Shown here piece by piece: positions 52,840 through 62,543 of a stretch of DNA of 64,000 nt. The first letter of the stretch is position 1; each line of letters starts with the position of its first letter. The DNA comes from a virus (Duplodnaviria; Caudoviricetes): the IMG/VR virus record IMGVR_UViG_3300045594_000287, positions 42,939 through 106,938 of that record, one strand, 5' to 3'. The position numbers and the translations under genes were made by a program. The notes below the pieces were generated by a model that was not told where the DNA came from, ran no database searches, and saw only the letters and a list, made by a program, of their open reading frames with translations.

Positions 52840-53717
52840 ACATATACGCAAGCTATGCCTGCAATGCAAATTGTGCATTCTGCTCACTGCATGACCGCCC
52901 GGGTAAACGGATTGCCCTGGATTGGCTAGAGCAGCAACTGGAAAAGCACGAAGACCTATGCGAGGATATCAACATCCTGGGCGGGGAACCATCCGTACTG
53001 CCACTTGATTATCAGGAGCGCCTGGTCGACATCTGCACGAAGGCGGCAGGAGAGAAGCCGTATTACATCACGAACCTGCTCAACGTGAGCCCAGTCCTCG
53101 GGAAGACCCGGCCGATCGTCAGCTATGACTTCGGCCTGCGGGAGGACAACGTCCAGACGATGAACAACATCCTGCAGTTGGACATGCCGTATTCCCTGTC
53201 TACGATCCTCACCGACGAGCTGATAAGCCGTGGGAGCAAGAAGCTGCTCCGCTTCGTCGACATGCAGCCGAACTGCGAGCGGATCGATCTCGTGATGTAT
53301 CGCAGCGGCACCACGGAAAAAGACTTTACTCCTGATCACGAGGAGCTCATGAAATTCGTATCTGAAGTCATGGATCATCCGAAGATAAATCTTACGCCAT
53401 ACTCGGCTATGAAGGGGTGGACAGACAACTCGTTCGCAAACGTCGCTGGCCGCTTCGGCTTTCTGCCGGACAATAAGTATGGAGTCCGCATCGATTATGG
53501 TCAACAAGGGTACACTCCATTCGACTCTTACGATGACGCTTTAATTTATTACATCAAGCGTATCAATGAGATCAATCGGACGAAACTATGCGGCAGCTGT
53601 CCATACAAGGGGCGATGCTGGTGCGTGGGCGGATATGAGAATGAGGTATGTCACGGTGATCGTGAAATGATGGAACTATTCGAGAGGAGATTGAAAGATG
53701 TTCATCCACATGTTTGA
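52836..53717 (+). CDS. Radical SAM protein 5 (paralogue of 4)
   Basis: Start ATG 52836 (ATGA overlap); SYACNANCAFC, ILGGEPS and C-terminal CGSC..CWC..C. Confidence 0.85.
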   Translation: MNIYASYACNANCAFCSLHDRPGKRIALDWLEQQLEKHEDLCEDINILGGEPSVLPLDYQERLVDICTKAAGEKPYYITNLLNVSPVLGKTRPIVSYDFGLREDNVQTMNNILQLDMPYSLSTILTDELISRGSKKLLRFVDMQPNCERIDLVMYRSGTTEKDFTPDHEELMKFVSEVMDHPKINLTPYSAMKGWTDNSFANVAGRFGFLPDNKYGVRIDYGQQGYTPFDSYDDALIYYIKRINEINRTKLCGSCPYKGRCWCVGGYENEVCHGDREMMELFERRLKDVHPHV

Positions 53718-54450
53718 TAAGATCTATGCAGTCAACAGTACATGCGAACCGCAGGACAGCGTTGATATCCGGAAACGATTTATCGACTACCACGGAATGA
53801 AATGCGAGCATCCATTCCTTGAGACATTGTACGATGAGATCATGGACAACCGGCTCCCAGGTGGCATAGAGGACCGCAGCGTGAACGTGCTCATCGTTCC
53901 TGACGAGCAGTACAACGAGCTGATGCAGGATTACTGCATCTACCTCGGTCTCGACTATAAAGCTTACAGCTTGATCAAATGGCACAGCAGTTTCTGTATT
54001 TGTTATCTCGACAACGTCGCAGAGACAATAAGCCAAGGATTCCCATATCCGGTCATCAAGAAAGAGAACTTCATCGTCGGCAAGAAGAAAATCCGACGCG
54101 GCTATGAGCATTTCCCCGTAGAGTTTGCTGTCAACAGCAATGAGAAGTGGGCAAATGACAAGCGGGACAACTGCAGGATACATGAGGTATTCGAAGTCAT
54201 AAAGGATTATCAGTATAAATGCTACCGAGAAGGCATACCATGCCCGACATGTCTCAAGAACTTCAGCGCGAGTCATCAAAGCGCAAAAGCACTGAAAGAG
54301 CCGGCGGTGATGGATGCCTGCTTATCTGCTCTTAACGATCTCGACATAAGCATCGAGCATAACAGAGGTTACAACAGGTTCCATGGGTATAAGTACAACT
54401 TCCCATTGGAAAAATATCTTAAGAAGGAAGGATATCGCATCGATGGATAA
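53698..54450 (+). CDS. Hypothetical protein of the rSAM cluster (250 aa)
   Basis: SD GAGGAG; overlaps both neighbours; contains CPTC. Confidence 0.55.
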   Translation: MFIHMFDKIYAVNSTCEPQDSVDIRKRFIDYHGMKCEHPFLETLYDEIMDNRLPGGIEDRSVNVLIVPDEQYNELMQDYCIYLGLDYKAYSLIKWHSSFCICYLDNVAETISQGFPYPVIKKENFIVGKKKIRRGYEHFPVEFAVNSNEKWANDKRDNCRIHEVFEVIKDYQYKCYREGIPCPTCLKNFSASHQSAKALKEPAVMDACLSALNDLDISIEHNRGYNRFHGYKYNFPLEKYLKKEGYRIDG

Positions 54451-55756
54451 TTGGAAAGAATATCTAAAGTTCAACTTGAAAGCACAAGACACACCGAGAC
54501 TGTTCGACGCGACGAAACTGGATGGCAGGCAGTTCAACGTGAACCATAAGAATGTAGCCTGGACCGCTGCCATGTATTTCCACGCGGACCCAGATGTATG
54601 GGAACTGCCAGCTAAGAACTACTTCGTCCGGATATGCTTGGCCTATTACATCAGTCGGAGATACCGGGAATCATTCTATGACCTGCTGAACGACAAAGAT
54701 CTGCTGCCATATGACGACCGCTATTCCGGCACATACGACGAGGACAAGGAGACCTACGACAAGATACTGGATATCACGTATCCAGGGTGCTTCGAGACAT
54801 TCCTTGGCTATCAACATACGATCGACGTATTCGGTTATCTATACGATCCGATCATCTCAGATCACTCGCTCACCATCGGATACAATCTGACCGGGCAGGA
54901 ATTCTTCGACACGATCTGCTTCAAAAAGAGATACATCGAGGAGTTCTTCTTCTCTCTTACCCATACGATGCCGAAACAGAAACTGGACACGGAAGATGTC
55001 CTGGCTCAATTGAGAGACTGTGATACCTATGGCATCCCGGGCAACCTGCTTCTCAATACAGAAGCATCAGAAGGAGCGTGGCAGCAGCTGATACAGTCTG
55101 CTATGGATGCCGTACCGCTGCAAGCAGTCACCGTGCTCACTATCGATTACGCAGAGAAGGTGAAGAAGGCCTTCCCAGATCTACAGGTACACATCTCTAC
55201 GCATGGTGCAACGAAGCTGAAAGCCGAAGACCTTGGCTCAGGATATGTAGACGTCCTGAATGTAGCTGAGCCATACTATTACAGTGAGCAGCAGCAGGGT
55301 CTTATCCGCAGATGCAAGGAGCTCGGGATCCGCGTGAAATACATTGTCAACCGTGGATGTGTGAACAATAAGCATTACCTTATGAGCGAGCTGGTCGGCC
55401 GGCCCATCATGTGCTGTCAGAATTACCAATGCAAGCAGCTGCTAAAAGAAGTGCCATGGTTGGACCTCGTTCGCACGAACCTGTACAAGGAGATGCTCCC
55501 ATATTACGATTTCAAGTACCTGAAGATATCAACCAGGGAATTGTCCAACGAAAAGGTAAGGCAGGAACTTGAATATTGGACAAGCACGGTGCCTACCAAA
55601 AAAGTTGGGCAAATAGAGATCACCCCGGACAACTACAACACTTTCATCGTATGGTGCAAGACTAAGGCCTCATGCAAAGGTAATTGTTCAAGATGTGATA
55701 AGTGCAAGAAGATTTACGAGAGGTTGATGAAACAATGTCAGTTAAAGAACGAGTAG
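54443..55756 (+). CDS. Unknown N-terminal domain fused to a U32-family (Fe-S, UbiU/TrhP/RlhA-like) domain
   Basis: GIPGNLLLN, FPDLQVHIST, VKYIVNRGC..H..CC..C, LKISTRE and C-terminal CKGNCSRCDKC; start reassigned to ATG 54443. Confidence 0.65.
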   Translation: MDNWKEYLKFNLKAQDTPRLFDATKLDGRQFNVNHKNVAWTAAMYFHADPDVWELPAKNYFVRICLAYYISRRYRESFYDLLNDKDLLPYDDRYSGTYDEDKETYDKILDITYPGCFETFLGYQHTIDVFGYLYDPIISDHSLTIGYNLTGQEFFDTICFKKRYIEEFFFSLTHTMPKQKLDTEDVLAQLRDCDTYGIPGNLLLNTEASEGAWQQLIQSAMDAVPLQAVTVLTIDYAEKVKKAFPDLQVHISTHGATKLKAEDLGSGYVDVLNVAEPYYYSEQQQGLIRRCKELGIRVKYIVNRGCVNNKHYLMSELVGRPIMCCQNYQCKQLLKEVPWLDLVRTNLYKEMLPYYDFKYLKISTRELSNEKVRQELEYWTSTVPTKKVGQIEITPDNYNTFIVWCKTKASCKGNCSRCDKCKKIYERLMKQCQLKNE

Positions 55757-56601
55757 ACCTTATCTCCAACAATAAAGGTCTATCTATAAACACTCCGATA
55801 ACGACAGCTAAGATAGAGGTAAGCGGTATCTGCACGCTTCAATGCAAGTTCTGTTACAACAAAGAGATGAAGAAGAACAATGAGCGGCAGAAGCTGATGA
55901 GTATGGATGACTTCCATAAAGCACTGGACTTTATCAGCCGGATTAAGACATTGAAAGAAGTCGGCCTGTTCTATATGGGGGAGTCTGGTATTCATCCTCA
56001 GCTTGCAGAGATGTATAAAGAACTGAAAGATCGCGGGTACTTCACCTACCTCACAACGAATGCAACATACATAGACACTATCCTGCAGGCTATTCCATAT
56101 ATCGACAGTCTGAAGGTGTCGTGGAATTATACTGGCCACAAAGACTTTGAAGAAAAGACAGGCTGCCCAGAGTCTACGTATCACAAAATCCGAAAGAATA
56201 TCACATACCTCTATCAGGAATGCCATCTGCAGGGCAAGCAACTCGCGATCTCAACAGTACTCGATCGTGATAAAGAGGACTATTTTAATTCGCTGATCAT
56301 GCTTCCGCGTGATGAGCACTATTGGATTCCGCTGCAGACCCAGGGTGGCCTAAACGAGTTCGGTGAAGACGGAGTGGTCGGCGAAGATGAACACAAAGTT
56401 TCTCCTTTCCCGTGCTGGTCACTGTTCAAGGGAATCTATATTGATGCCGATCTTATGATAAGGGCCTGCTGCTACGGCCATACTGAAAAGCACATCATAG
56501 GAAGATGTGAAAAAGGCTTCTATAAAACTCAATATAAGATGAAACAGCTTGAAGGAAAAATCCCTGAAATGTGCAAAGAATGCCTGCGCAGCCAAGCCTA
56601 A
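55735..56601 (+). CDS. Radical SAM protein 6 with a C-terminal SPASM/twitch-like domain
   Basis: CTLQCKFC, YMGES, LTTNA and PCWSLF..ACC..CKEC; start after GAGGTTG. Confidence 0.85.
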   Translation: MSVKERVDLISNNKGLSINTPITTAKIEVSGICTLQCKFCYNKEMKKNNERQKLMSMDDFHKALDFISRIKTLKEVGLFYMGESGIHPQLAEMYKELKDRGYFTYLTTNATYIDTILQAIPYIDSLKVSWNYTGHKDFEEKTGCPESTYHKIRKNITYLYQECHLQGKQLAISTVLDRDKEDYFNSLIMLPRDEHYWIPLQTQGGLNEFGEDGVVGEDEHKVSPFPCWSLFKGIYIDADLMIRACCYGHTEKHIIGRCEKGFYKTQYKMKQLEGKIPEMCKECLRSQA

Positions 56602-56669
56602 TTTTTCTACATAATGAACATCTGCCTTTTGGATGGTAATAACCCTAGTAGATTATAGAAAAAAGGTAG

Positions 56670-59600
56670 GTGTTATTTTTGTCCTTATATGACAGAAAGT
56701 TCACTGTTGGCCACCAGTCAGAGTTGCTATACAATGAAGAGCTGCATAAGATGTATGAATCCATGCGGCACTTGCTTGAAATACCGACGGATAAGAAATT
56801 TCCAGAGGCTAAACTCGACGGGTCACTCTGGCTTGATAAAAGTAAGAATGAACTAAATACATATGATAAGACTGCCCAGGAGTGGAAGAACGTCTTCTCT
56901 AACAAATTCCAGATTGTAGATCAGATAATGACTCCTTATGAGCCTACCAACCCTGTACCGGGGCAGCTTTGGTTATGCAGCGGAGTGCTGATGTATTATG
57001 ATGGTACTCAATGGCAGCCAGTGAAAGCAGTCCAGGAATCAGATGCCCAGTTCAACCTGTCCATCTTCAGCAACTTCACGATGGCCAGTCCCCTTTGGAC
57101 GATAGGGAACACAGTCCTTGAGTCGAAAGATTCCAAGCTGGCATATCTCAACGAATATCAGGAAGCCGTACGTAAAGTACAGCAGGGCAAGATAGACGCA
57201 GAGAATGACGCAGCGGAGATCGGACATGAGAAGCAATGGGATGTTGGCGACGTATGCGGAGACGATGTGAAATATCCGTATCCAACAAGCCTTCTCGAGG
57301 GATACAGCCAGATGCTGATCCCGAATGCAGACATGGACAGGATCTTCGTGGATGACAAGCTTGACTTCTCATTCAGGAAACAATCCTCGATATGCATCGA
57401 ATATCCTAAGAAGCTGCTGGTAGACCATACCCCATCGTTGATCCATATCAATCCTGGCAGGCTGAACCATATCAGCAAGCGTCTCTTCAAGGTCGACCCA
57501 ATTAACCCGAAGATCAATATCGACACGAAGGCCACGGAATTCTATGGATTCTGTGACAATCACCGGCAGGGACATTACCTGCGCCCGGAAGACAATAAAG
57601 GGAAAGGGGACTACAGGACTCTCTCCGATGGTATATATCTTTCGAAATATGCTTGTGACAACTATGGATACGTGCTGGCTATTGCTTATGACTTCACTTG
57701 GTATCGGAATTCCGGAGACCTCGCTTTCATAGACAACCAGGGGGACACCCCAAGCTACTACATCAAGGACTACACCGGTACGATGAGCGTATTCGTAGAA
57801 GGGTTGAACCTCGACGATAATCAGTATACCGAGGATAACACTTCCCGCGTGCTCACGGTCAAGTCGAATGGCAATGAGGTCACCGGCGCGATCCACGCTC
57901 CTAAACAGGAGTCAGGATATATCCGCGAGATATCCTTGAATAACCAAGGTGTTATCCATCTCGTGAAGTCATTCACCAATCCATTGGTATTCGTGAACGG
58001 AGAGCTGCTGAATCCTATTGCCAACGACTATATCAAAGATGGCCAATGGATCTATGTACCTAATGCCAGCATAAACATGATGTGGAATGTCATCGAATCC
58101 CATGACGAGAAGAACAGCTATGACATGCTCGCAGCTGCCGGGAAAGTCACGGATAAGGCCGGCACGAATGCGATCATCAAATATGACCCCAAGACGATCT
58201 CTCCTGAAGAAGATATCGCCCTGTTCATCAATGGACTTCTCATCAAGAAGGTTGATGTCACCCGCGATATCGTAAACAACTACATCACGGTATCCAACCT
58301 ACAGGTTGGACAGGATTATATCATCCTTAAGGATAAGTACCATTACTTCTATTCAGAAGAAGACATGACTCCAGCTATCCCTATTGGGGGGACGGTAAGC
58401 CAGTGTATCGTCTATTACAATGGGCTGTACCTCGGAGACAGTACTCAGGTATTCACGACGGCATCACAAGCTGATGCTGCTACCACCGCCCGCCATAATG
58501 AGGTTCGCTACTTCCTCAGCAGCGAAGTATCTGGCACTGGTGTGAAGTACTACGTCAATGGCGTATCGGAAGCGACCATGAGGAACTCCATCGAAAGCTA
58601 TATGGACGGTAACCGGAAAGGGCAGAGCCCGGCTATGCCGGATGCATCGAAAATCGCTGGGCAGTTCATGATCTACGATGAGCCGAATGGAGTATGGAAA
58701 CTCTTGCCGGCCGCAGATATCATGCAATGCCTCTACATCAGCGATGGGTATGATATCACTCCCCACGCTGCTAAGCTCAACTTCACGCCGACGGAAGATG
58801 ATGATATCAAGATCTACGGATATCGGTATGCACACGACAGTGGACAGACATTGTTCATCCGGAACCTTCCGAGTGCAGATGGGGTAGATCCTAAGAATCT
58901 TGGCGATCATCTGATCTACGACCATTACAAGACGGATAAGGATGGCAAACCCGTATATTTCCCAGGCACAACGATCAAGCAACCGGATGATGGTGCGCAT
59001 CTCGTGGTGAACGGAGAAACGATATTCAATACGGAGAAGGAATATATCCCGAACATTGGAGCTCTTTCTGTATGGGTAAATGGAGTACGTCAATACGACG
59101 TGATAGAAGCAGTTGATGGCAAGTCCTTTACCTTACCAGAACCGGTATGTGGCATCGTCACATACTGCATCGAGACTCCAGAGAAAGGTAGGATGACCGT
59201 ATGCCAGCGGGAAATACTCACGGAAGACAATGCTATCGCAGATACTCCTAACGTATACCGCACGAAGCGTCCTCTCTATCCTGGCAGAGTCATCTTGTAT
59301 ATCGACGGCGTCCGTCAACCTCAGGATTCATTTACTGCCATCGATAACTATACGCTTGCGATCAATGATCCCGGTGTGATGCTGGTAGGCAGCAACAAGA
59401 ACTACCCGAATGAGACCATCATGGTAGATGGCAAGACCAAGACCCTTACCCATCACAAAGCAGACCGCCTGCTCGTAGAGGTACGCCAAGATTATTCCCG
59501 GAAAGAGCAGACGATCAAATTCGATCCAGCTGATAAATATGATATCCAGGTCAACAAATATAACCTGTCAGAAGAGATCCTTGAGAGCACAGATGAGATC

Positions 59601-59834
59601 ATGATCTTCGTCAATGGCTTGTTCTATGGAACTCGAGACCTTATTAGCTATCGCCTAGATAAATATCGCAATACAATCACCCTCTTGGATGTCGATATTG
59701 TAGATAAGATTATTTCGGATCCGCTATATTCGTTCCTCATGAATAATCCCGCAGCTCTTGCTAAGTATGAGAAGCTGAATGGCGGCAAACCGTACATCTT
59801 GAAACCAAAAATGTTGACAATCGACTGGAGGTAA
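56670..59834 (+). CDS. Large virion structural protein (~1050 aa) with repeated V.VNG beta-domains
   Basis: Repeated VFVEG/VFVNG/LFING/VWVNG/LYIDG motifs and P..GQLW; probable start TTG 56679. Confidence 0.55.
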   Translation: MLFLSLYDRKFTVGHQSELLYNEELHKMYESMRHLLEIPTDKKFPEAKLDGSLWLDKSKNELNTYDKTAQEWKNVFSNKFQIVDQIMTPYEPTNPVPGQLWLCSGVLMYYDGTQWQPVKAVQESDAQFNLSIFSNFTMASPLWTIGNTVLESKDSKLAYLNEYQEAVRKVQQGKIDAENDAAEIGHEKQWDVGDVCGDDVKYPYPTSLLEGYSQMLIPNADMDRIFVDDKLDFSFRKQSSICIEYPKKLLVDHTPSLIHINPGRLNHISKRLFKVDPINPKINIDTKATEFYGFCDNHRQGHYLRPEDNKGKGDYRTLSDGIYLSKYACDNYGYVLAIAYDFTWYRNSGDLAFIDNQGDTPSYYIKDYTGTMSVFVEGLNLDDNQYTEDNTSRVLTVKSNGNEVTGAIHAPKQESGYIREISLNNQGVIHLVKSFTNPLVFVNGELLNPIANDYIKDGQWIYVPNASINMMWNVIESHDEKNSYDMLAAAGKVTDKAGTNAIIKYDPKTISPEEDIALFINGLLIKKVDVTRDIVNNYITVSNLQVGQDYIILKDKYHYFYSEEDMTPAIPIGGTVSQCIVYYNGLYLGDSTQVFTTASQADAATTARHNEVRYFLSSEVSGTGVKYYVNGVSEATMRNSIESYMDGNRKGQSPAMPDASKIAGQFMIYDEPNGVWKLLPAADIMQCLYISDGYDITPHAAKLNFTPTEDDDIKIYGYRYAHDSGQTLFIRNLPSADGVDPKNLGDHLIYDHYKTDKDGKPVYFPGTTIKQPDDGAHLVVNGETIFNTEKEYIPNIGALSVWVNGVRQYDVIEAVDGKSFTLPEPVCGIVTYCIETPEKGRMTVCQREILTEDNAIADTPNVYRTKRPLYPGRVILYIDGVRQPQDSFTAIDNYTLAINDPGVMLVGSNKNYPNETIMVDGKTKTLTHHKADRLLVEVRQDYSRKEQTIKFDPADKYDIQVNKYNLSEEILESTDEIMIFVNGLFYGTRDLISYRLDKYRNTITLLDVDIVDKIISDPLYSFLMNNPAALAKYEKLNGGKPYILKPKMLTIDWR

Positions 59835-59840
59835 TTATAA

Positions 59841-61910
59841 ATGGCAAATTTATCTAAGATCGGTACATCCCTTCTTGAGATGGAAGATATATCAAACTAT
59901 CTTCATCTGAAGGACCAGTTCCTTCTGAAGGGAGAGAATGCCACCGACGTTGACAATGTATCCAATATCGCAGCGCAGAACATCGCTAAGGCATACACCA
60001 TTGGTAATGAGGCTGCCCGTGATAGGGAGACTATCCGCAATGCGGTCAATCTGAATGGTCATCCGGAATCGTATTTCCTTTCTGCAGAGAAAGGCGCCGA
60101 GATCGTAAACAATGCAATGGAGATGAAGAAAACATATTCCGATGAGATCAAGGATCTTCGGGATGAACTTTATCAGCTGCGGGCGGAACTCGCTCGTAAG
60201 GGTGAAGTCGCAGCCTTTGCTCCGTACGCTGGCTTCTATGATCTGTTCCGCAGCGGAATGCCGGTACATGAAGCTGCTGTCATAGCTACGGCTACGAAGA
60301 CGAGCTCCGATCAGTATACTATGAGTATCCCTGATTATCTTTATGATAAGTTCGCAGTGAACGATAAGGTGCTCCTTGTCGATCGCGCCGGCGGAAAACC
60401 ATCGATCGTCGTTACGATCGACAAGATCATGCCAGATCATTCCACACTCCATTTCAGTAAGGCAAGCGGATTCGATATCATCAAGGACAGCACTGAGATA
60501 TACAAGTCCTATGGCACGCTTCTCAATGGAACATTCACATTCGGTATCAGCGCATCTCGCTACCCTGGCGCGAAGGAACTGGTAACGACTGTTGATGATG
60601 ATACTCATCTGGTAAGCTATCCTATGCAGGATGCCACTGGAGATGTCCATTGCGGTATCGGATACTCTTTCCGTATTCCGGCCAACTTCCAGAATAACTA
60701 CCTGTCCAAGATCGAAGTCATGGGAAAGCAGTATGGCAACCCGGGCGCCATGAAATGCTACATCATAGATGAACGAAACATTTCTCATTGGAAGAACCCG
60801 ACGCAGGCAGCAAAGGATGGCTTCATCGTTGCTGAATCCCAGCCAGTTCTCGCCGAGCCGTGGGACAAACCAACGGACCGCATCAAAATGCCGGCACATT
60901 TCATCACCTTCAACTTCTATGATCCGGCCACTCGTGAATTCCCATTCCTCGACGCTACGGACTCTACAGACCATAAGATCCGTTATGTCATGATCATCGA
61001 TATCGCCAGCGCAAAACTCAATTACCTGGACGAAGCGAAGAAGAGCGTCGACTACAAGGACAGTGACACTTATGAGATCTTCTACGTCCAGGGCAAAGAC
61101 TCAGGCGATCTGGAAGTAAACAACAACGTGTATGTCTACAATCAGAAAGTGGACAACAGCATCGTTGATGCACTCACTCCGATGCCTTTCGTAGCAGACC
61201 TATATTACAGCGCTACGCTTATCGAAGCGCGTACTGGTAAATTCGTTCCTTATGACGAAGGCCTCTATAGTGCACGGTTCTCCACTGCAGACCCGATCAA
61301 AGTATCGAAGGCTCGTCTGACCATGAGGATCGCACGAGAAGGACTGTTCACCATCAATAAGTACAGCGCAGCCGATACGGATCCGAACTTCTCTGGGCAA
61401 CCAAGCGTCACTGTTGCTGGAGAACAGTATGTAGATGACAATGGATCTGCACAATACGATAAAGATGGGTTCACTCTCAGCAACAACAAGAATATCATCA
61501 TAGGAACGAATGTCTGCAAGGTTACAGCTGTCAATGATGACACGTTGCATATCGACAAGGCAGCCAATATCAATGTCAACGATATCGTGTATCCGATCAA
61601 CTATACTGCTACATTGCTCGCAAAGAACAAGACATGGGATGCCACGAAGAACACGATCGTCACGACAGGCGACAAAAAGTTCAACCTGAAACTGGTAGGC
61701 GTAGTTCCTGATGTGAGCAAGGAGAACAGCTCTGTATCGGATCGACTGGTATTCGAGGCAGATCTCGTGAACGACACGGGGGATACTGAATTTCTTTACA
61801 ATGATTTCGAGCTTCAGCTTTCATGGGAAAAATCTTCGAAGATCAACAACGACCGTTTGGCCGGCCGCATCTATGATCTGAGTGTAAGCTTGAGCAGAGC
61901 AATCAGCTGA
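59841..61910 (+). CDS. Putative virion structural protein (689 aa)
   Basis: SD GGAGGT; AVNLNGHPESYFL fibre-like motif, coiled coil and beta-rich C-terminus. Confidence 0.5.
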   Translation: MANLSKIGTSLLEMEDISNYLHLKDQFLLKGENATDVDNVSNIAAQNIAKAYTIGNEAARDRETIRNAVNLNGHPESYFLSAEKGAEIVNNAMEMKKTYSDEIKDLRDELYQLRAELARKGEVAAFAPYAGFYDLFRSGMPVHEAAVIATATKTSSDQYTMSIPDYLYDKFAVNDKVLLVDRAGGKPSIVVTIDKIMPDHSTLHFSKASGFDIIKDSTEIYKSYGTLLNGTFTFGISASRYPGAKELVTTVDDDTHLVSYPMQDATGDVHCGIGYSFRIPANFQNNYLSKIEVMGKQYGNPGAMKCYIIDERNISHWKNPTQAAKDGFIVAESQPVLAEPWDKPTDRIKMPAHFITFNFYDPATREFPFLDATDSTDHKIRYVMIIDIASAKLNYLDEAKKSVDYKDSDTYEIFYVQGKDSGDLEVNNNVYVYNQKVDNSIVDALTPMPFVADLYYSATLIEARTGKFVPYDEGLYSARFSTADPIKVSKARLTMRIAREGLFTINKYSAADTDPNFSGQPSVTVAGEQYVDDNGSAQYDKDGFTLSNNKNIIIGTNVCKVTAVNDDTLHIDKAANINVNDIVYPINYTATLLAKNKTWDATKNTIVTTGDKKFNLKLVGVVPDVSKENSSVSDRLVFEADLVNDTGDTEFLYNDFELQLSWEKSSKINNDRLAGRIYDLSVSLSRAIS

Positions 61911-61931
61911 TAATGAGGGGAGGAATAAGCG

Positions 61932-62123
61932 TTGAAGTTGAATGAGATACAACAGATCGCAGAGATACGGGAGAAATACCCGGAAGCATTGGAATACATC
62001 AAGGACATCATTCACAGCAAACCTGATGTTGAGGACATCAATGCCCTGTATGTTCCAACCTTCGATAATAACGATGAGGTAGACGGAATGATTAATCTTC
62101 GTCTTCCTGCCTCAGAAGGATAA
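61932..62123 (+). CDS. Small hypothetical protein (63 aa)
   Basis: TTG start after a strong SD GGGAGGA; followed by a terminator. Confidence 0.55.
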   Translation: MKLNEIQQIAEIREKYPEALEYIKDIIHSKPDVEDINALYVPTFDNNDEVDGMINLRLPASEG

Positions 62124-62144
62124 TCACATTCGAATAATAGAAAT

Positions 62145-62180
62145 AACCGCCGGGCATAATAGCTTCGGCGGTTGATTTTT
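62145..62180 (+). terminator. Rho-independent terminator
   Basis: AACCGCCG...CGGCGGTT stem followed by GATTTTT. Confidence 0.7.
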
Positions 62181-62200
62181 AAGATATCATGTGGTAATAT
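62172..62200 (+). promoter_or_regulatory. Sigma-A-type promoter for a putative antisense RNA
   Basis: TTGATT-N17-TAATAT with an extended -10 TG. Confidence 0.5.
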
Positions 62201-62206
62201 AACTAT

Positions 62207-62350
62207 AGAAACAAAAAAAGAGCGAACCACAATGATGGTCGTCCAACGTAGTTTCGTGATTGAAATTTTTCAGCCATTTAACAACGTCTGCAAACGCTGA
62301 TGGCTCCGGTATCCTTTCATCTTCAAGCCGTCCTGCCAGGGGCGGCTTTT
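62207..62350 (+). ncRNA. Putative type I antitoxin sRNA (~145 nt)
   Basis: Upstream promoter, internal hairpin AGCCAT..ATGGCT and terminator AAGCCGTCC..GGGCGGCTTTT (62325-62350); convergent with a small hydrophobic ORF. Confidence 0.45.
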
Positions 62351-62375
62351 AGTTTGCCGGAAACCGGTCTAGGGG

Positions 62376-62543
62376 TTAACTGCGGAATGTCTTTATCAGA
62401 TCAAGTAGATAGCTACCATCAATGACTCCGACACTTGCCAAAAAAATGTACACTACCAAGACAACCGCCAAGAAGGCAACCACCAAGGTCAAAATCTGTG
62501 CACAAAATTCATATGAAGCAAGAGCTGCGAAGAACTGTTCCAA
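62376..62543 (-). CDS. Small single-TM hydrophobic protein, type I toxin-like; possibly frameshifted at its 5' end
   Basis: Manual translation gives (M)EQFFAALASYEFCAQILTLVVAFLAVVLVVYIFLASVGVIDGSYLLDLIKTFRS, 55 aa, below the ORF-track cutoff. Confidence 0.5.
   Translation of the reverse strand: MEQFFAALASYEFCAQILTLVVAFLAVVLVVYIFLASVGVIDGSYLLDLIKTFRS

Noticed and set aside
46710-56601. rSAM genes as NrdG/PflA activases, QueE/7-deazaguanine DNA modification, or MoaA/PQQ cofactor synthesis
   Set aside because: No NrdD/PFL, QueC/QueD/FolE/DpdA or cofactor partner genes are in the window. The SPASM-like tails, Cys/His-tail gene and fibre context fit protein modification better. Not formally excluded without searches.
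234-62230. Numerous 60-360 aa minus-strand and alternate-frame ORFs in the ORF track (e.g. 59892..60974, 10871..11599, 53572..54279)
   Set aside because: They are shadows of long, SD-supported, coupled plus-strand genes and show no recognisable motifs.
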